Shown here: piece after piece, positions 8,032 to 16,667 of the stretch
Numbering within the stretch: position 1 is the stretch's first letter
How the letters are laid out: the number at the start of each line of letters is the position of its first letter
DNA from: Armatimonadota bacterium
GTDB lineage: Bacteria > Sysuimicrobiota > Sysuimicrobiia > Sysuimicrobiales > Humicultoraceae
Length of the DNA: 18,725 nt
Reading direction: 5' to 3'
Assembly (NCBI GenBank): GCA_037446215.1
Contig: JBBIJB010000025.1
Coordinates: forward strand, 11,527-30,251
Translations under genes and position numbers: made by a program
The notes under the pieces: model-generated
What the model saw: the letters and a program-made list of their open reading frames with translations, nothing else
Databases searched by the model: none
Told to the model about the DNA's origin: nothing

Positions 8032-9207
8032 CTACGCGAGCTCGAAGACGCCCGCGGCCCCCATTCCTCCTCCGATGCACATCGTCACTACCCCGTAGCG
8101 CTCCTTGCGCCTGCGCATCTCCGAGAGCAGCGTGGCCGTCAGCTTGGCTCCTGTGCAGCCCAGCGGATGGCCCAGAGCGACGGCGCCGCCGTTGACGTTG
8201 ACCTTGTCCGGATCGAGCTTGGCGAGACGGATCACCGCCAGCGCCTGCGCGGCGAAGGCCTCGTTGAGCTCGATCAGCCCCACCTCTTCCAGCCTGATCC
8301 CGGCCAGCGCCAGCGCCTTCGGGATCGCCTCGACCGGTCCGATCCCCATGACCTCGGGCTCCACGCCCGCGACCGCAAAAGAGCGAAACACCGCGAGCGG
8401 AGCGAGGCCCAGCTTCCCGGCCCTCTCCGAGGACATGACGACCGCCGCGGCTGCCCCGTCGCTGGTCTGCGAGGAGTTGCCCGCGGTAATCACCCCGTCC
8501 CTCGCGAAGGCAGGCCTGAGCTTGGCCAGCGCCTCCACCGTGGTGTCCCGCCTTACTCCCTCGTCCTGCGTGAGCGTGATCTCCTCGCGCCTGGGCGTGC
8601 CGCCGTCGCCCTCCCACCGGGCGGTGGCGACCGGCACTATCTCCTCGCCGAACCGCCCCTCGACCTGCGCGGCGGCGGCGTTCGCGTGGCTGCGCACCGA
8701 CCAGGCGTCCATCTCCTCGCGCGAGACCCCGTAGCGCTTGGCCACGAGCTCCGCGGTCAGGCCCATCGAGAGGTAGACCTCCGGCCACTGCTCGGTGAAG
8801 TGCGGGTTGGGCGCGTACTTGTGCCCGGTCATAGGCACCATGCTCATGCTCTCGGTGCCCCCCGCCACCACCACCTCGTGCTGGCCGGTCAGGATCTGCT
8901 GGGCGGCGATCGCGATCGCCTGGAGCCCCGACGAGCAGTACCTGTTGACCGTCATGCCGGACGTCGTGACCGGCAGTCCCGCGCGCAGCGCGATCACCCG
9001 CGCCACGTTCATGCCCTGCTCCGCCTCGGGGAAGGCGCAGCCTATGATGCAGTCCTCCACCTCGGGCGGATCCAGCCCCTCGGCCCTCCTGACCGCCTCC
9101 TTCACCGCCACGGCGGCCAACTCGTCGGGCCGGGTGTCCTTGAACGCCCCTCGCGGGGCCTTTCCCACCGCGGTGCGAACCGCTGAGACAATCACGGCAT
9201 CCCGCAT
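8032..9207 (-). CDS. fadA: Acetyl-CoA C-acyltransferase (3-ketoacyl-CoA thiolase, 391 aa)
   Basis: Catalytic motifs [19 protein letters not shown] and [18 protein letters not shown] upstream. Confidence 0.96.
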   Translation of the reverse strand: MRDAVIVSAVRTAVGKAPRGAFKDTRPDELAAVAVKEAVRRAEGLDPPEVEDCIIGCAFPEAEQGMNVARVIALRAGLPVTTSGMTVNRYCSSGLQAIAIAAQQILTGQHEVVVAGGTESMSMVPMTGHKYAPNPHFTEQWPEVYLSMGLTAELVAKRYGVSREEMDAWSVRSHANAAAAQVEGRFGEEIVPVATARWEGDGGTPRREEITLTQDEGVRRDTTVEALAKLRPAFARDGVITAGNSSQTSDGAAAAVVMSSERAGKLGLAPLAVFRSFAVAGVEPEVMGIGPVEAIPKALALAGIRLEEVGLIELNEAFAAQALAVIRLAKLDPDKVNVNGGAVALGHPLGCTGAKLTATLLSEMRRRKERYGVVTMCIGGGMGAAGVFELA

Positions 9208-9254
9208 CTTGTGCTCCTCCCGATGATCCTCTCGTCCCTCGTCCGGGCCCGGCG

Positions 9255-11672
9255 TTAGTTGCGCAGCGGCTTTCCGGTCTGCAGCATGTGCCGGATCCGG
9301 TCCTGCGTGGCGGCCGTTCCGAGCAGGCTCAGGAACGCCTCGCGCTCCAGATCGAGCAGGTGCTCCTCGGAGACCTTCGTACCCTCGGCGACGTCACCGC
9401 CGCACATGATGTATCCGATCTTCTTGGAGACCACGACGTCGTGCTCGGTGATGTGTCCTCCGGTACGCATTATGTACAGCAAAGACTCGATCGCCGAGTA
9501 CCCTCGGGTGCCCGCGACCCGGATCGGCGCCTGCGGCAGCGGCCTGTAGTTGTCGCGCACCAGTGCGAGCGCCGCGGCCTTCGCGTCGGAGATCAGGAGG
9601 TCGCCGTTGACCGATACCCCGTCCTGGGGCCGGATGTACCCCAGGCCCCTCGCCTCCTCGGCCGAGGTCGCCACCTTTGCCATCGCTATGTTCTCGAACG
9701 CCCACCGCAGCACCGGCAGCAGATCGGCCTGGGAGTCGTCCGGGAGGCGTGCGGCCACACGCTTCACCATCTCCATCGTGCCGCCTCCCGCCGGTATGAC
9801 CCCGACCCCCGCCTCGACCAGGCCCATGTAGGTCTCGGCCGCGGCCTGCACGCGGGGGCAGGCCAGGCAGATCTCGACCCCTCCGCCCAGCGTCCGGCCG
9901 AACGGGGCCGCGACCACCGGGACCGGCGAGCGGCGCATCTCCATTGTCATCCGCTGGAACTGCCGGACCACGAAGTCCAGCTCGTCCCAGTTGCCTTCCT
10001 GGGCCTCGAGCAGGATCAGCATCAGGTTGGCGCCGGCGCAGAAGTCGGAGCCCTGGTTCCCGATCACCAGGCCGTCGAACTCCTTCTTGATCCTCTCGAG
10101 CGACCGGAGCGACATCTGGATGGTGTCCTCACCGATCACGTTGAGCTTGGTGTGGAACTCCAGGCAGGCGATCCCGTCGCCCAGGTCGATCAGGCTGGAG
10201 CCCGGGTTGGAGTCGACGGTGCGGCCGGCGGCCTTCAGCCGGGACAGGACGATCTGCCCCTCTATCCCGGGCTCGGGCCGGTACTGCTTCGAGGCCGCGT
10301 CGAAGTAGGCGCGGCCTTCCGGTTCTTCCTTGTAGAACTTGCCCTCGCCGCTCTCCCTGGCGGCGACCACGACCTCGGGGAGCTCCGCGCCCCCGAACAA
10401 CAGCTTCCCGGCGTCGGCGCCCAGCGAGTCGAGCTGCTCGAACGGTCCCTTCGACCAGCCGAACCCCCAGCACATGGCGCGATCGATGTTCACTATATCG
10501 TCGCTGATCTCGGGGATGCGGCGCGCCGAGTAGAGGAGGACGCTTCCGACCAGCCGGCGCATGAACTCCCCGTACTTGTCGCCCATGGCCAGCAGGGCGG
10601 CGAACTGGCGGTCGGGATCCGAGATGGACTTCACGCCCTCCAGCGCCGCGGTCGAGAGCTTCTTCCTCTTCCGGTATTCGAGCGTCTTGTGGTCGAGGGT
10701 GAGGATCTCGCCGTCCTCGCGCTTGTAGAAGCCGCCCTTGCTCTTCTCGCCCAGCCACCCCTTCTCCAGCATCTGCTTGAGGAAGGCCGGCGGGAGATAG
10801 ACCTCGCGCTCGTCGTCATCGGGGAGGTTGCGGTGGGCGTTGGCGGCCACGTGCAGCGCGGTGTCCAGCCCCACCAGGTCCACCGTCCTGAAGGTGGCGC
10901 TCCTGGGCCGGCCCAACAGCGGCCCGGTCAGCTCGTCCACCTCGTCTATCTCGAGGCCCATCTCCACCATCAGGTGGATGGTCTTCAGCAGCCCGTAGAT
11001 ACCTATCCGGTTGCCTATGAAGTTCGGGGTGTCCTTGGCGTAGACGATCCCCTTGCCGAGCATCTGCTCTCCCCAGCGCACGACCGCCCGCGTTACCCAC
11101 TCCTGGGTGTCGGGCGTGGGGATGATCTCGAGCAGCTTCATGTAGCGCGGGGGGTTGAAGAAGTGGGTGCCGACGAAGTGCGCCCGGAATTCGGGGGAGG
11201 CGCGCTCGGCGATCGCGGCCACCGGCAGCCCCGAGGTGTTGGTGCTCACCACCGCGCCCGGCTTCCAGTGCTGCTCTACCCTAGCGAGCAGGTCGTGCTT
11301 GATCGCAAGGTCCTCGATGATCGCCTCGACTATCCAGTCCACGCCGGAGAGCTTGTCCAGGTCGTCCTCGAAGTTGCCGACCGTGATCAGCCCGGCGCGG
11401 GAGGGCGAGTAGAAGGAGGCCGGCTGCGACTTGAGCGCGCGCTCTAGCCCCGTGCGGGCGAAGCGGTTGCGCACCAGGGGCGAGTCGAGGCCGAGGCCGC
11501 GCTTCCTCTCCTCCGCGTTCGGCTCCTTGGGAACGATGTCGAGCAGTACCGTGGGCACCCCCACGTTGGCGAGGTGTGCCGCGATGGTGGCGCCCATGAC
11601 GCCGGCGCCGAGCACGGCGGCACGCGTTAGGTGTGGTATCCGTTGCCTATCAGAGGGGGAGTTTGGGGTCAT
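9255..11672 (-). CDS. fadN: 3-hydroxyacyl-CoA dehydrogenase / enoyl-CoA hydratase multifunctional protein (FadN-type, about 805 aa)
   Basis: N-terminal Rossmann motif [24 protein letters not shown] and [10 protein letters not shown]-terminal crotonase-like domain ([28 protein letters not shown]); ends TGKPLRN. ATG 11672 preferred over GTG 11684, which directly abuts AGGAGG. Confidence 0.93.
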   Translation of the reverse strand: MTPNSPSDRQRIPHLTRAAVLGAGVMGATIAAHLANVGVPTVLLDIVPKEPNAEERKRGLGLDSPLVRNRFARTGLERALKSQPASFYSPSRAGLITVGNFEDDLDKLSGVDWIVEAIIEDLAIKHDLLARVEQHWKPGAVVSTNTSGLPVAAIAERASPEFRAHFVGTHFFNPPRYMKLLEIIPTPDTQEWVTRAVVRWGEQMLGKGIVYAKDTPNFIGNRIGIYGLLKTIHLMVEMGLEIDEVDELTGPLLGRPRSATFRTVDLVGLDTALHVAANAHRNLPDDDEREVYLPPAFLKQMLEKGWLGEKSKGGFYKREDGEILTLDHKTLEYRKRKKLSTAALEGVKSISDPDRQFAALLAMGDKYGEFMRRLVGSVLLYSARRIPEISDDIVNIDRAMCWGFGWSKGPFEQLDSLGADAGKLLFGGAELPEVVVAARESGEGKFYKEEPEGRAYFDAASKQYRPEPGIEGQIVLSRLKAAGRTVDSNPGSSLIDLGDGIACLEFHTKLNVIGEDTIQMSLRSLERIKKEFDGLVIGNQGSDFCAGANLMLILLEAQEGNWDELDFVVRQFQRMTMEMRRSPVPVVAAPFGRTLGGGVEICLACPRVQAAAETYMGLVEAGVGVIPAGGGTMEMVKRVAARLPDDSQADLLPVLRWAFENIAMAKVATSAEEARGLGYIRPQDGVSVNGDLLISDAKAAALALVRDNYRPLPQAPIRVAGTRGYSAIESLLYIMRTGGHITEHDVVVSKKIGYIMCGGDVAEGTKVSEEHLLDLEREAFLSLLGTAATQDRIRHMLQTGKPLRN

Positions 11673-11715
11673 TACGCGGGTCACCCTCCTTGCCTAAGGT
11701 GACTTGCAAAAGAGC

Positions 11716-11742
11716 TTTCGTCGGCCCTTGTCGGTTCTCCTA
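11716..11742 (-). promoter_or_regulatory. Putative SigH-like promoter for fadN-fadA-fadE-fadD (TAGGA-N17-CGAAA)
   Basis: Minus strand reads TAGGA gaaccgacaagggccga CGAAA, about 44 nt upstream of the fadN ATG. Confidence 0.55.
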
Positions 11743-11759
11743 GCGCGTGCGCGACGCGA

Positions 11760-14192
11760 CTACTCCCCGGGCGCCAGCAGCAGCCGTCCCTGCGCGGCCT
11801 GCTCGATCTTCTGCCGTGAGAACAGCAAGGGCACGTACTCGCCTCGAGCCCAGGGGCCCGCGAAGTCCTTGTAGTGGCGGTGGAACGGCAGGCCGCTCTG
11901 GCCCGTCGTGTGGATCACGACTGAGCGGTCCCAGTCGGACGGGTCCAGTATCTGCCGGTAGGACGCGACGATCACCTGGCGGAACGGCTCCTCGGGGTTG
12001 AAGGCGGTGTTGTTGACCGTGAAGGCGTCTCCGCCTACCTCGGGGGGCGTGACGTTGAAGATCCAGGCCAGGGCCTTGATCCGTCCGATCGGATGGACGA
12101 ATACCGGCTGGTGCAGGCGGCCCCAGCGCCACCTGTCGCGGTTCCTTCCCATGCGGCGTTCCAGCGTCCGGACCGCGTCGCGCATCGCCGCCTCGACGAC
12201 GCGGTCTCGGCTTCCCCGCCACCAGCCGGAGCCCGGGTCGCGCAGCAGGGCGATCGTCGCCTGCACGGTGTTGTCGTACTGGCGCAGATACCTGCCGAAG
12301 ACGGCCTCGTCGAGCGGGTCACGGAACAGCTCCCGCACCAGCGAGTCGAGGAACGCCTGGTAGACCGCGGCGGGCCGGCTCCCCGCCGCCATCACGCCGT
12401 CCCATCCCAGCATCTCCTCGAACAGCCCCCGCAGCGCGGGATCCAGCACGCGCGCGCCGCGTAGCGCCTCCACCACGGCCCTCCCCGGCAGCGAGAGGAC
12501 GTCCATCTGGACCCGCTTGAGCGACTCGACCGTGTGCCTGCCTTCGGCGAGCAGTTCCCCTATCCGCCTGGCCCGAAAGCCCGCATCCCAGTCCCGGCCG
12601 AGGAAGTGGGGGTAGGAAGGGGGCGCGATCCTGTTGTTGGCCGTGGCTATGTGGCCGCTGCGCCCGTGCCGGCTGGGAAGCTCCTCGAACGGGATGGTCC
12701 CGATCCAATCGCCCTCTCCGGTCCATCCGGGCACCGGCAGGCCTCCCGGCAGGCCCGCGGTCGCCTTGCGCACAGGGATCTTGCCCGGGAGTTGGTAGCC
12801 GATCTCGCCGTTGCGGTGCGCGAAGACGAAGTTCTGGGCCGGCGCGTCCCACGATCGCAGGGCCGCCCTGAACTCCTCCCATGAGCTTGCCCTATTGATA
12901 CCATCAACGGCCTCGATGATCGTCGTGGAGTCCAGCGCCGTCCAGCGGAGCGCCAAGGTGGCGTGCAGCCCGCGCACAACGGGGTTGAGGACCGGGCCGT
13001 TGCGGGTGATCCGGACCAGCTCCACGACCGGATCAGGCCGGCCCCTGACCTGTATCGCCTCCCGTGCCACGGTCGCCCGGATCCACCTTCCGTCGTAGAG
13101 GTATCGCGTCGGGTCGTTGGGATGGAACCGCTCCACGACCAGATCCTGGACATCGGGGTTGGCGTTGGTGACGCCCCAGGCGATGTCGCGGTTGTGGCCG
13201 ACTATTACGCCGGGGACGCCGGGGAAGGTCGCGCCCACAACGTCGAAGGGCCCGCCTGAGAGGTGCATGAGGTGCCAGACCGAGGGCGTCTGCGCCTCGA
13301 GGTGCGGGTCGTTCGCCAGCAGCACGCTTCCCGCCTCGGTGCGGTCGCCCGCCACGACCCAGTTGTTGCTTCCAAGCCCCGGCATCCCGGGCATTGCCGT
13401 AATGCCGGCGGGGTCTGGTCTTGCCGCGCCGGCCAGGCCACCCGCCGCCGGCAGCGGGGACATGGCTCCCGCACCCGCTGTCAGCCCGGCAGCTGTTCGC
13501 GTCACCGCACTCCCCTTGCCCGTCCCCCTCGCGCCCGGCACGATGATGGGCGCATCGGATGGGTAGGGCGGCATCAAGCGCTCGAGCGCGCCCTCCCCGA
13601 ACCGCTCGATCAACTGCTGGCGCAGGATCTCCTCCCGCCAGTCCCCGCCCAGGACCCACGCCATCAGCTTGCCGTAGGCCAGGGTGTCCGTGGGGGTCCA
13701 CTGCTCCGGCCGGAAGCGAAGCAGGATGAACTCGAGGGGCAGCCGCCCTCCCGCGTGCGCGAGGTAGGCATTCACCCCGGCCGTGTAGGCCTCGAGGATC
13801 TCCCGGGCCCGCGGGCTCAGGGCACCCAGGTGCGCCTCCGCCGAGCGGCGCAGCCCGATAGTGCGCAGGAACCGGTCGGTCGGCAGCGCCGCCTCCCCGA
13901 AGATCTCCGCGAGCCGCCCGCTGGCCGTCCGCCTGTTCAGCTCCATCTGCCACAGCCGGTCCTGCGCGTGGACGAATCCCTGCGCGAAGAACAGCGCGCG
14001 TTCGGACCTCGCGAACAGGTGGGGAATGCCCCAGCGGTCCCTGATCACCTCCACGGGATCGCCCAGCCCAGGGGCGCGTATCGTCCCCGAGATCTGCGGG
14101 AAGGGCCTTCGGGCGAGGTAGAGCCCTCCGCCTGCCGCGCCTACCACCAGCAGGGCCACAACCACCACGACGACGAGCAGCACGCGGCGCAT
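11760..14192 (-). CDS. Penicillin acylase / AHL-acylase family Ntn-hydrolase precursor (peptidase S45), N-terminally membrane anchored (810 aa)
   Basis: IRDRWGIPHLFA, GFVHAQDRLWQME, beta-chain nucleophile motif GSNNW (Ser codon 13368-13370), ANDPHL, IATANNRI and TGQSGLPFHRHYKD. Start moved from 14399 to ATG 14192 (RBS AAGGAGG), giving a MRR + hydrophobic-helix N-terminus. Confidence 0.93.
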   Translation of the reverse strand: MRRVLLVVVVVVALLVVGAAGGGLYLARRPFPQISGTIRAPGLGDPVEVIRDRWGIPHLFARSERALFFAQGFVHAQDRLWQMELNRRTASGRLAEIFGEAALPTDRFLRTIGLRRSAEAHLGALSPRAREILEAYTAGVNAYLAHAGGRLPLEFILLRFRPEQWTPTDTLAYGKLMAWVLGGDWREEILRQQLIERFGEGALERLMPPYPSDAPIIVPGARGTGKGSAVTRTAAGLTAGAGAMSPLPAAGGLAGAARPDPAGITAMPGMPGLGSNNWVVAGDRTEAGSVLLANDPHLEAQTPSVWHLMHLSGGPFDVVGATFPGVPGVIVGHNRDIAWGVTNANPDVQDLVVERFHPNDPTRYLYDGRWIRATVAREAIQVRGRPDPVVELVRITRNGPVLNPVVRGLHATLALRWTALDSTTIIEAVDGINRASSWEEFRAALRSWDAPAQNFVFAHRNGEIGYQLPGKIPVRKATAGLPGGLPVPGWTGEGDWIGTIPFEELPSRHGRSGHIATANNRIAPPSYPHFLGRDWDAGFRARRIGELLAEGRHTVESLKRVQMDVLSLPGRAVVEALRGARVLDPALRGLFEEMLGWDGVMAAGSRPAAVYQAFLDSLVRELFRDPLDEAVFGRYLRQYDNTVQATIALLRDPGSGWWRGSRDRVVEAAMRDAVRTLERRMGRNRDRWRWGRLHQPVFVHPIGRIKALAWIFNVTPPEVGGDAFTVNNTAFNPEEPFRQVIVASYRQILDPSDWDRSVVIHTTGQSGLPFHRHYKDFAGPWARGEYVPLLFSRQKIEQAAQGRLLLAPGE

Positions 14193-14236
14193 CCAGGGCC
14201 TCCTTCGCACTGCGTCTTCGAGATCGGCTCGTGCAA

Positions 14237-14264
14237 TCTTCGCCCCTGCGCCCACCCGTCCTTC
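14237..14264 (-). promoter_or_regulatory. Putative SigH-like promoter for the acylase (GAAGGA-N16-CGAAGA)
   Basis: Minus strand reads GAAGGA cgggtgggcgcagggg CGAAGA, about 46 nt upstream of ATG 14192. Confidence 0.55.
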
Positions 14265-14291
14265 AACAGCGGGCCTCCTCACCGGGGCTGG

Positions 14292-14318
14292 CGGTAGCCC
14301 TACCGGAAACCCTAATAT
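14292..14318 (+). promoter_or_regulatory. Inverted repeat CGGTAG-CC-CTACCG plus a -10-like TAATAT upstream of the CDF gene
   Basis: Perfect 6-2-6 dyad at 14292-14305. AT-rich TAATAT at 14313-14318 lies in otherwise GC-rich DNA, 44 nt before the CDF ATG. Confidence 0.35.
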
Positions 14319-14362
14319 AGAAGGGCGTTTTGCCCGGGCACGATCCGGATCCGGGGAGGCAG

Positions 14363-15274
14363 ATGGAGCTCCGCGAAGCCCTCGCCACCGGTAAGGCAAG
14401 GGCCGCCATCCTCTACGTGGCGACCGGCATCGCCATCCTTGGCATGAAGGTGGCCGCCTACGCTGTCACAGGCTCCGTGGCGCTGCTCTCGGACGCCGCT
14501 GAGTCCGTGGTGAACGTCTTCGCGGCCAGCGTGGCGCTGGCCAGCATAGTCGTGGCCACGTTCCCTCCGGACAGGCGCCACCAGTACGGCCACTCCAAGG
14601 CCGAGCACATGAGCAGCGCCACGGAGGCCGCGCTTATCGCCTCGGCCGGCTTCTGGATAGTGATGACCGGGGGCAGGCGGCTGCTGCAGCCGCAGCCCCT
14701 GGAGCAGCCGGCGCTCGGGCTGCTCCTCCTGGCCGTGGCCACGCTCGCCAACCTGGCGGTAGCCCTGGCCCTCTTCAGGGCGGCGCGCTCGGGCCGTTCC
14801 GCGGCGCTGGACGCCTCGGCCCGGCACCTGATGTCGGACGTCGTCACCTCCTGCGGGGTGTTCGCAGGGGTGACCGTCGTCGTGGTGACCGGCCGGCTGT
14901 GGCTGGACGCGGCGGTGGCCATGGTCGTGGGCGCCTACGTGCTGTGGATGGGTCTGGCCCTGCTGCGTCGGTCGGTCAGCAGCCTGATGGACGCCAGCCT
15001 CCCCCCGGAGGAGGAGCAGGTGGTCCGCACCGTCCTCGAGGCACACCGCAGGGAGATCGTGAACTACCATGCGCTGCGCACCAGGCGGTCCGGGTCCGAG
15101 CGCTTCCTCGACCTGCACCTCGTTCTGCACCGCGACCTCACGGTGGGAGAAGCGCACGACCTGACCGACCGCCTCGAGGAGTCCATAGAGGAAGCCCTAC
15201 CCAGAGTTGACGTGACGATACACGTGGAGCCCTGCGAAGCCGGCTGCCGGTTGTGCGCGGGGAGAAGATCCTGA
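14363..15274 (+). CDS. Cation diffusion facilitator (CDF) family metal exporter (303 aa)
   Basis: TGSVALLSDAAES, PPDRRHQYGHSKAE, HLMSD, LRTRRSG, EAHDLTD and IHVEP. ATG 14363 follows GGGGAGG. Confidence 0.92.
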   Translation: MELREALATGKARAAILYVATGIAILGMKVAAYAVTGSVALLSDAAESVVNVFAASVALASIVVATFPPDRRHQYGHSKAEHMSSATEAALIASAGFWIVMTGGRRLLQPQPLEQPALGLLLLAVATLANLAVALALFRAARSGRSAALDASARHLMSDVVTSCGVFAGVTVVVVTGRLWLDAAVAMVVGAYVLWMGLALLRRSVSSLMDASLPPEEEQVVRTVLEAHRREIVNYHALRTRRSGSERFLDLHLVLHRDLTVGEAHDLTDRLEESIEEALPRVDVTIHVEPCEAGCRLCAGRRS

Positions 15275-15294
15275 CGCAGGATGGGAGGCGGGAG

Positions 15295-16029
15295 ATGATA
15301 GCGCGAATCATCGTCGGCGGAGGCATTGTGGAGGCGAAGGTTGAGGGCGAGTGGATCCAGACCGTGGGAGGCGATCGGATTCGGGTAACCGAGGCGCAGT
15401 TCGCCCCGCCCTGCCAGCCCACGAAGGTGATCTGCGTCGGGTTCAACTACCGCGACCACGCCGCGGAGCTGGGCGTCGAGCCGCCCAGGGAGCCGCTGTT
15501 GTTCCTGAAGCCGCCGAGCTCCGTGGTCGGGCACGGAGTTCCCGTCCCCTACCCCCGCCACACCTCCAGGTTCGAGTACGAGGCGGAGTTGGCCGTGGTG
15601 ATCGGCCGCCGGGCCCGCCGCGTCCTTGCGGCCGAGGCGCTCGATTACGTGGCCGGGTACACCTGCTTCAACGACCTGACCGCCCGCGACGTGCAGGAGG
15701 TAGAGAAGCAGTGGTTTCGCGCGAAGGCGTTCGACGCCTCTGCCCCGCTCGGTCCATGGATCGTCAGCGGCCTCGACACCTCGAACCTGGGTGTGTTCAC
15801 GCGGGTCAACGGCGAGGTCCGCCAGGCCGGAAGCACCAGCGACATGGTGTTCGACGTGCCCACGCTGATCGAGGTCATCTCGTCGTTTGCCACGCTCGAG
15901 CCGGGTGACGTGATAGCCACCGGGACGCCCCGGGGAATAGGCCGCCTGTCGGTCGGCGACGTGGTCGAGATAGAGATCGAGGGGATCGGCGTCCTTCGCA
16001 ACACGGTGGTGGCCGACTCCGACGGCTAG
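15295..16029 (+). CDS. Fumarylacetoacetate hydrolase (FAH) family protein (244 aa)
   Basis: KVICVGFNYRDH, PLLFLKP, YEAELAVVIG, NDLTARD, RAKAFD and GDVIATGTP. ATG 15295 has GGAGG 6 nt upstream; the gene starts 20 nt after the CDF stop, so they are probably co-transcribed. Confidence 0.93.
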   Translation: MIARIIVGGGIVEAKVEGEWIQTVGGDRIRVTEAQFAPPCQPTKVICVGFNYRDHAAELGVEPPREPLLFLKPPSSVVGHGVPVPYPRHTSRFEYEAELAVVIGRRARRVLAAEALDYVAGYTCFNDLTARDVQEVEKQWFRAKAFDASAPLGPWIVSGLDTSNLGVFTRVNGEVRQAGSTSDMVFDVPTLIEVISSFATLEPGDVIATGTPRGIGRLSVGDVVEIEIEGIGVLRNTVVADSDG

Positions 16030-16040
16030 GACTGCGGTGG

Positions 16041-16067
16041 GGGCGGCCCCGGGGACCCGCCCGGGTC
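16041..16067. terminator. GC-rich hairpin(s) between the convergent FAH and DUF151 genes; possible terminator without U-tract
   Basis: GGGCGG (16041-16046) pairs with CCGCCC (16057-16062); an alternative perfect dyad GACCCG-CC-CGGGTC lies at 16054-16067. No poly-T on either strand. Confidence 0.3.
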
Positions 16068-16070
16068 AAC

Positions 16071-16580
16071 CTAGTGGATGGTCTCCTTGAAGTCGCCGGG
16101 CTTCACGCGCTCGAGGAACTTCTTGAACTCAGCCACCTCGGCCTCTTTCGAGGTCCCCTCGCCCCCCTCGCCTTCCTCGACTACCTGGCGCAGAGGGATG
16201 GCCTGGGCCGCCACCTTCTCGCCGACGAAGATCGGCGCATCGGCCCGCAGCGCAAGCGCGATGGCATCGCTGGGCCTCGAGTCCACTACCACGGAGTCGC
16301 CGTCGCGCACCAGGTGGATCTCCGCGAAGTAGGTGGCGTCTCGGATGTCGCTGACGACCACCCGGGTGACCTTGACCGAGAGCTGCTCGAGGGCCGCCTG
16401 GAGGAGGTCGTGGGTCATCGGCCGCGGCGGCTGGACGCTCTGGAGGCGCATGGCGATCGCGAGCGCCTCCGCCTGGCCGATCCAGATCGGGAGCATGACC
16501 TGCTCCTCCTCGTCGACCAGGAGCACCACCGGATTGTTCGCCTGGTCTAGAGCGACCCGGCGGACCTTCATGCGCCGCAC
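16071..16580 (-). CDS. DUF151 / bifunctional nuclease (BFN) domain protein (169 aa)
   Basis: LPIWIGQAEALAI, PRPMTHDL, DSRPSDAIALALR and C-terminal FLERVKPGDF; GTG start with GGAGG 7 nt upstream. Confidence 0.92.
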   Translation of the reverse strand: MRRMKVRRVALDQANNPVVLLVDEEEQVMLPIWIGQAEALAIAMRLQSVQPPRPMTHDLLQAALEQLSVKVTRVVVSDIRDATYFAEIHLVRDGDSVVVDSRPSDAIALALRADAPIFVGEKVAAQAIPLRQVVEEGEGGEGTSKEAEVAEFKKFLERVKPGDFKETIH

Positions 16581-16624
16581 CGGCTCTCCTCCATGAAGCG
16601 CGCGAAGCCAGGGAGTTCCCGTCC

Positions 16625-16633
16625 ATTATACCA
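16625..16633 (-). promoter_or_regulatory. Extended -10 housekeeping-sigma promoter (TGGTATAAT) for the DUF151 gene
   Basis: Exact TGnTATAAT on the minus strand, 44 nt upstream of the start codon; no recognisable -35. Confidence 0.75.
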
Positions 16634-16667
16634 CCGGGTGGCGGCCCCCCCGGAGCGGCCCCGCGCG

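Noticed and set aside
9288..11447. Long antisense and alternate-frame ORFs (e.g. 9288-11447 +, 16129-18066 -, 5200-6405 +, 2311-3420 +, 13263-14297 +)
   Set aside because: They are shadow ORFs expected from high-GC codon bias, overlap well-supported genes, and show no recognisable motifs.
14233..14247. Sigma-54-like GG-N10-GC (AGGGGCGAAGATTGC, minus strand) upstream of the acylase
   Set aside because: The -24 element is a poor match to TGGCAC, and the site is better explained by the recurrent AGGA...CGAA motif. The TTGCA upstream of fadN lacks the GG entirely.
14193..14399. 69-codon N-terminal extension of the acylase
   Set aside because: It would overlap the CDF start and bury the signal anchor; AAGGAGG supports ATG 14192.
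16641..16662. Direct repeat GCGGCCCC x2 between phoD and the DUF151 promoter
   Set aside because: Pure G/C 8-mers are expected by chance here; there is no further support.
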